Source of the DNA: a virus
Lineage: Duplodnaviria > Caudoviricetes
Strand: one strand, 5' to 3'
Virus record (IMG/VR): IMGVR_UViG_3300020432_000037
Span: 1 to 28,797 of that record
Length of the DNA stretch: 28,797 nt
Below the pieces are notes generated by a model. The model made no database searches and was not told the origin of the DNA. It was given only the letters and a program-made list of their open reading frames with translations. The position numbers and the translations under genes are program-made. Below are positions 26,301 through 28,797 of the stretch, piece after piece; position 1 is the stretch's first letter; each line of letters opens with the position of its first letter.

Positions 26301-28357
26301 TAATATCCGCTGCTATAGCTAGATCCACCGCCTGATGAGGATGTGGAAGATGTATTAGTTGATGAGGTTGATGTGGTGGTTGCAGTTCCGTAAGTTCCAC
26401 CAGTTGTAGTTCTAGTTGCAGTCGAAGAAGCCGTTGATGGAAGAATCGCAGCTGCCGTTGAAACTGGGGAATTTGACTTTCTTGTGAAAGTTGGAGTGTA
26501 GTAACTGTGAGTATGAACAAATCTAGATCCAGACGTATTTTCACCTGATGCGATTAAATCTTGAACCATATTAATTGTAGTATTTGTCATATCGAACTTG
26601 ACATATAGATCACGAAGACCAACAATATCATTTGAGTGAGGAATTGCTTGGATTTCAATTACACCGTTTGCAACCACTGTTGAAAGTATATTTACAGTAT
26701 CTATAAGAACTTCACCAGTCATATAATCCACAGTTCCAGCATTTTTCTTTACAATACTAGGAGTTCCACCTTCAATGTATGTAAAGAAGAATATTCGACC
26801 CTTTTCACGATTAATTACCTCATCAGCAAGGTAAACAGTTCCTGTCACACCCTCTATTGTAAATCCTGTTGAAACCACGTTGTATGCACTTTCTTGAGTA
26901 TGGAACATATTACCATAACAAACTTCATATTGTGCAAATTGACCTAAAACTGCCTTTAGATTACGTCGAATCGTTACTAAAGTGATATTTGATGTAATTG
27001 ATGAGTCAACACTATCAATTAAAGATACGGCCTTACTATACTTAAATCTACCACCAAACTTATTCACATCAATTGATCGTGAGTATTGAGTTAAAGCATT
27101 TGATACGCCAGTTTTAAGTGTTTCTGAACTATCACTTAAACTTGGGTTATAATATGGTGTTGTATTGAGTTCAACATACAAATATTTCAAATCAATAAAT
27201 TCTGGCACAATTCCAGCAACTGCATAACTTTTTAATCTTTGAATTAATTCTCTTTTTGTCTCATCTGATAAAAAATCACCATTTCGAGGTTTTACCGAGA
27301 TAAAAACTTTACCAAAACGAGGTGGACTCATTTCTTCACCACCAAAAGCGGTTACAGATTCCACATTGGGGTAAATATATCCTAAAACAGACTCATAATC
27401 AGATGCTGTAACTGCACGATACTGAGAGGAGTAAATTCTTGGTGCAAAATACTTAATTGAAGAGATAGATTCAATCTCATCACCATCTCTTGATTTTTCT
27501 TCAGTGGTAACTAATGAAATGTTAGCTGGATTAATCGCACCACCATCTTGATTTGTAATATTTCCTACAAAACTGAACTCAGAAGCACCATTACCATTTT
27601 TTCCGTCAGTTACGATGTAAGAAACTGTAATATAATTGCTATTTGATAATTTTTTACCAATGACGTTATCACCAAAGATCAATTCATATCTTTCATCTTC
27701 AATTTCTTGTAAAAGATAAGATGATGAAGTTGAAGTTACTCCTACAATGTTATCAATTTGTTGATATGTAACACTTGAGTTTGAACTTTCAGATGATTGA
27801 ACTTTTACTTTGATTGTTGAAGTGTCAATTGATGGATTATCTAAAATATATCTTTGATTAAACAAAGATGTGTCAACTGTAAAGTTTTGCGATATAAAAT
27901 TACCTTCATATATCTCAATATTGCTAAATTCTGCAAAACCGTTCACAACTGGAACTGTTATATTTTCTGGAATGCAAAATATGTAGTTTGTGTTATCTCC
28001 AACACCATTACATATAATGCCAGAGTTTAATGTAAGTGTTGAGGTCTCTGTAAGACCACTTACAGTAAAAGATATCTTTGCTCTTGCTGATCTACGAGAT
28101 CTTGGAACATAACCAATGTTTCTTGCAAGTGAAACAACGTTTTCTCGAAGTGTAGCGGAATCAAGAAAACATTCATTTGCTGCCATGTTAGTATTATAGG
28201 CAGTCGTGTATGTATTATATGCTAATGCGTCAATAATTATTGAAAGGTTTGATCCTTCAAAGTCATAATCAGTGAAATTAGTGTTTGCCCTCAGATAATC
28301 TCTGATGGATGTCTTGATTTGATCAAAATCTAAATTAACGTATTGACCGAAAGCCAT
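26300..28357 (-). CDS. gp6: Baseplate wedge subunit (T4 gp6-like)
   Basis: LDFDQIKTSI..YL....FTDYDFEGSNLS...D.LAYNT, FLDSATLRENVVSLARNIGYVPRS, FGD...GK, QYRAVTASDY, GKVFISVKP. Confidence 0.95.
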   Translation of the reverse strand: MAFGQYVNLDFDQIKTSIRDYLRANTNFTDYDFEGSNLSIIIDALAYNTYTTAYNTNMAANECFLDSATLRENVVSLARNIGYVPRSRRSARAKISFTVSGLTETSTLTLNSGIICNGVGDNTNYIFCIPENITVPVVNGFAEFSNIEIYEGNFISQNFTVDTSLFNQRYILDNPSIDTSTIKVKVQSSESSNSSVTYQQIDNIVGVTSTSSSYLLQEIEDERYELIFGDNVIGKKLSNSNYITVSYIVTDGKNGNGASEFSFVGNITNQDGGAINPANISLVTTEEKSRDGDEIESISSIKYFAPRIYSSQYRAVTASDYESVLGYIYPNVESVTAFGGEEMSPPRFGKVFISVKPRNGDFLSDETKRELIQRLKSYAVAGIVPEFIDLKYLYVELNTTPYYNPSLSDSSETLKTGVSNALTQYSRSIDVNKFGGRFKYSKAVSLIDSVDSSITSNITLVTIRRNLKAVLGQFAQYEVCYGNMFHTQESAYNVVSTGFTIEGVTGTVYLADEVINREKGRIFFFTYIEGGTPSIVKKNAGTVDYMTGEVLIDTVNILSTVVANGVIEIQAIPHSNDIVGLRDLYVKFDMTNTTINMVQDLIASGENTSGSRFVHTHSYYTPTFTRKSNSPVSTAAAILPSTASSTATRTTTGGTYGTATTTSTSSTNTSSTSSSGGGSSYSSGY

Positions 28358-28749
28358 TATACTCTAGCTGGGAAAAGAAGAACGTCTACTGTTTGTGTTG
28401 GAGCGGGAATACCGACAATATCATATTGAACTGTACAATTCATTTCATTACTATCCGCTAAAATTGATACGGACACGTCAACATTATCAATTCTAGGTTC
28501 ATAATTATCTAAAGATGCTTTAATTTCATCTGATATTCTAACTTCACTTAAATTAGTATTCAAATCAAACAAAGCTTGATTCATAACTGATCCAAAATCA
28601 GGTTCAAATGGTTTTTCACCAAGAATTGTAAAAATTATGTTCTTTACAGACCTTTTAATTGCATCCTCATCACGAATTGTGACCACATCATTCGTCACAG
28701 GATGACGTTTGAAGGATAAATTGATATCTTTGAATGCCCTAGAAGCCAC
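28357..28749 (-). CDS. gp25: Baseplate wedge subunit / sheath initiator (T4 gp25-like), GTG start
   Basis: FKDINLSFKRHPVTND, AIKRSVKNIIFT..GEKPFEPDFGS, YEPRI: GPW/gp25 family motifs. Immediately upstream of gp6. Confidence 0.93.
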   Translation of the reverse strand: MASRAFKDINLSFKRHPVTNDVVTIRDEDAIKRSVKNIIFTILGEKPFEPDFGSVMNQALFDLNTNLSEVRISDEIKASLDNYEPRIDNVDVSVSILADSNEMNCTVQYDIVGIPAPTQTVDVLLFPARV

Positions 28750-28775
28750 TATTTACACAAAAAGTTTCCTGTTTT

Positions 28776-28783
28776 TATTTATA
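28776..28783 (-). promoter_or_regulatory. T4-type late promoter TATAAATA upstream of gp25
   Basis: Exact consensus 26 nt upstream of the GTG start. Confidence 0.85.
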
Positions 28784-28797
28784 CCGCTTTTTTTATC

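Noticed and set aside
26254-26544. 96-aa Q/L/P/H-rich same-strand ORF spanning the gp6/gp7 junction (possible overprinted gene or frameshift product)
   Set aside because: It is the shifted reading of the Thr/Ser codon run in the gp6 tail. I saw no RBS or slippery site, and gp6 and gp7 are already cleanly coupled by TAATG.
1-28797. CRISPR array, DGR template/variable repeats, tRNA genes, stop-codon reassignment
   Set aside because: I noticed no long nucleotide-level repeats, since the repeats are diverged and visible only in protein. Intergenic gaps are at most about 50 bp, and genes read through in the standard code with both TAA and TAG used as stops.

Overview
This is an AT-rich (roughly one-third GC by eye) late structural gene block of a large T4-like myovirus, most consistent with a marine cyanophage (Kyanoviridae-type). 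Every real gene is on the minus strand. In transcription order: gp25, gp6, a giant 4015-aa gp7-like wedge protein, gp8, a 2510-aa VrlC/DUF4815-like virion protein, two small ORFs (77 and 120 aa), gp13, gp14, gp15, gp16, and then an ORF missing from the supplied track (762 to <1, at least 254 aa, running off the window). T4-type late promoter motifs (TATAAATA and variants) lie at five gene junctions, and four junctions are TAATG stop/start overlaps. I saw no tRNA, rRNA, CRISPR array, intein or mobile element. Two signals are the most interesting. (i) The missed ORF after gp16 looks like a chain of small basic modules joined at hydrophobic-X-Glu sites, resembling prohead-protease substrates. (ii) A small shared kit of beta-rich modules is inserted into several core virion proteins (gp7, gp8, VrlC-like, gp14, gp15). 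Family assignments come from recalled motifs and synteny, not from database searches.
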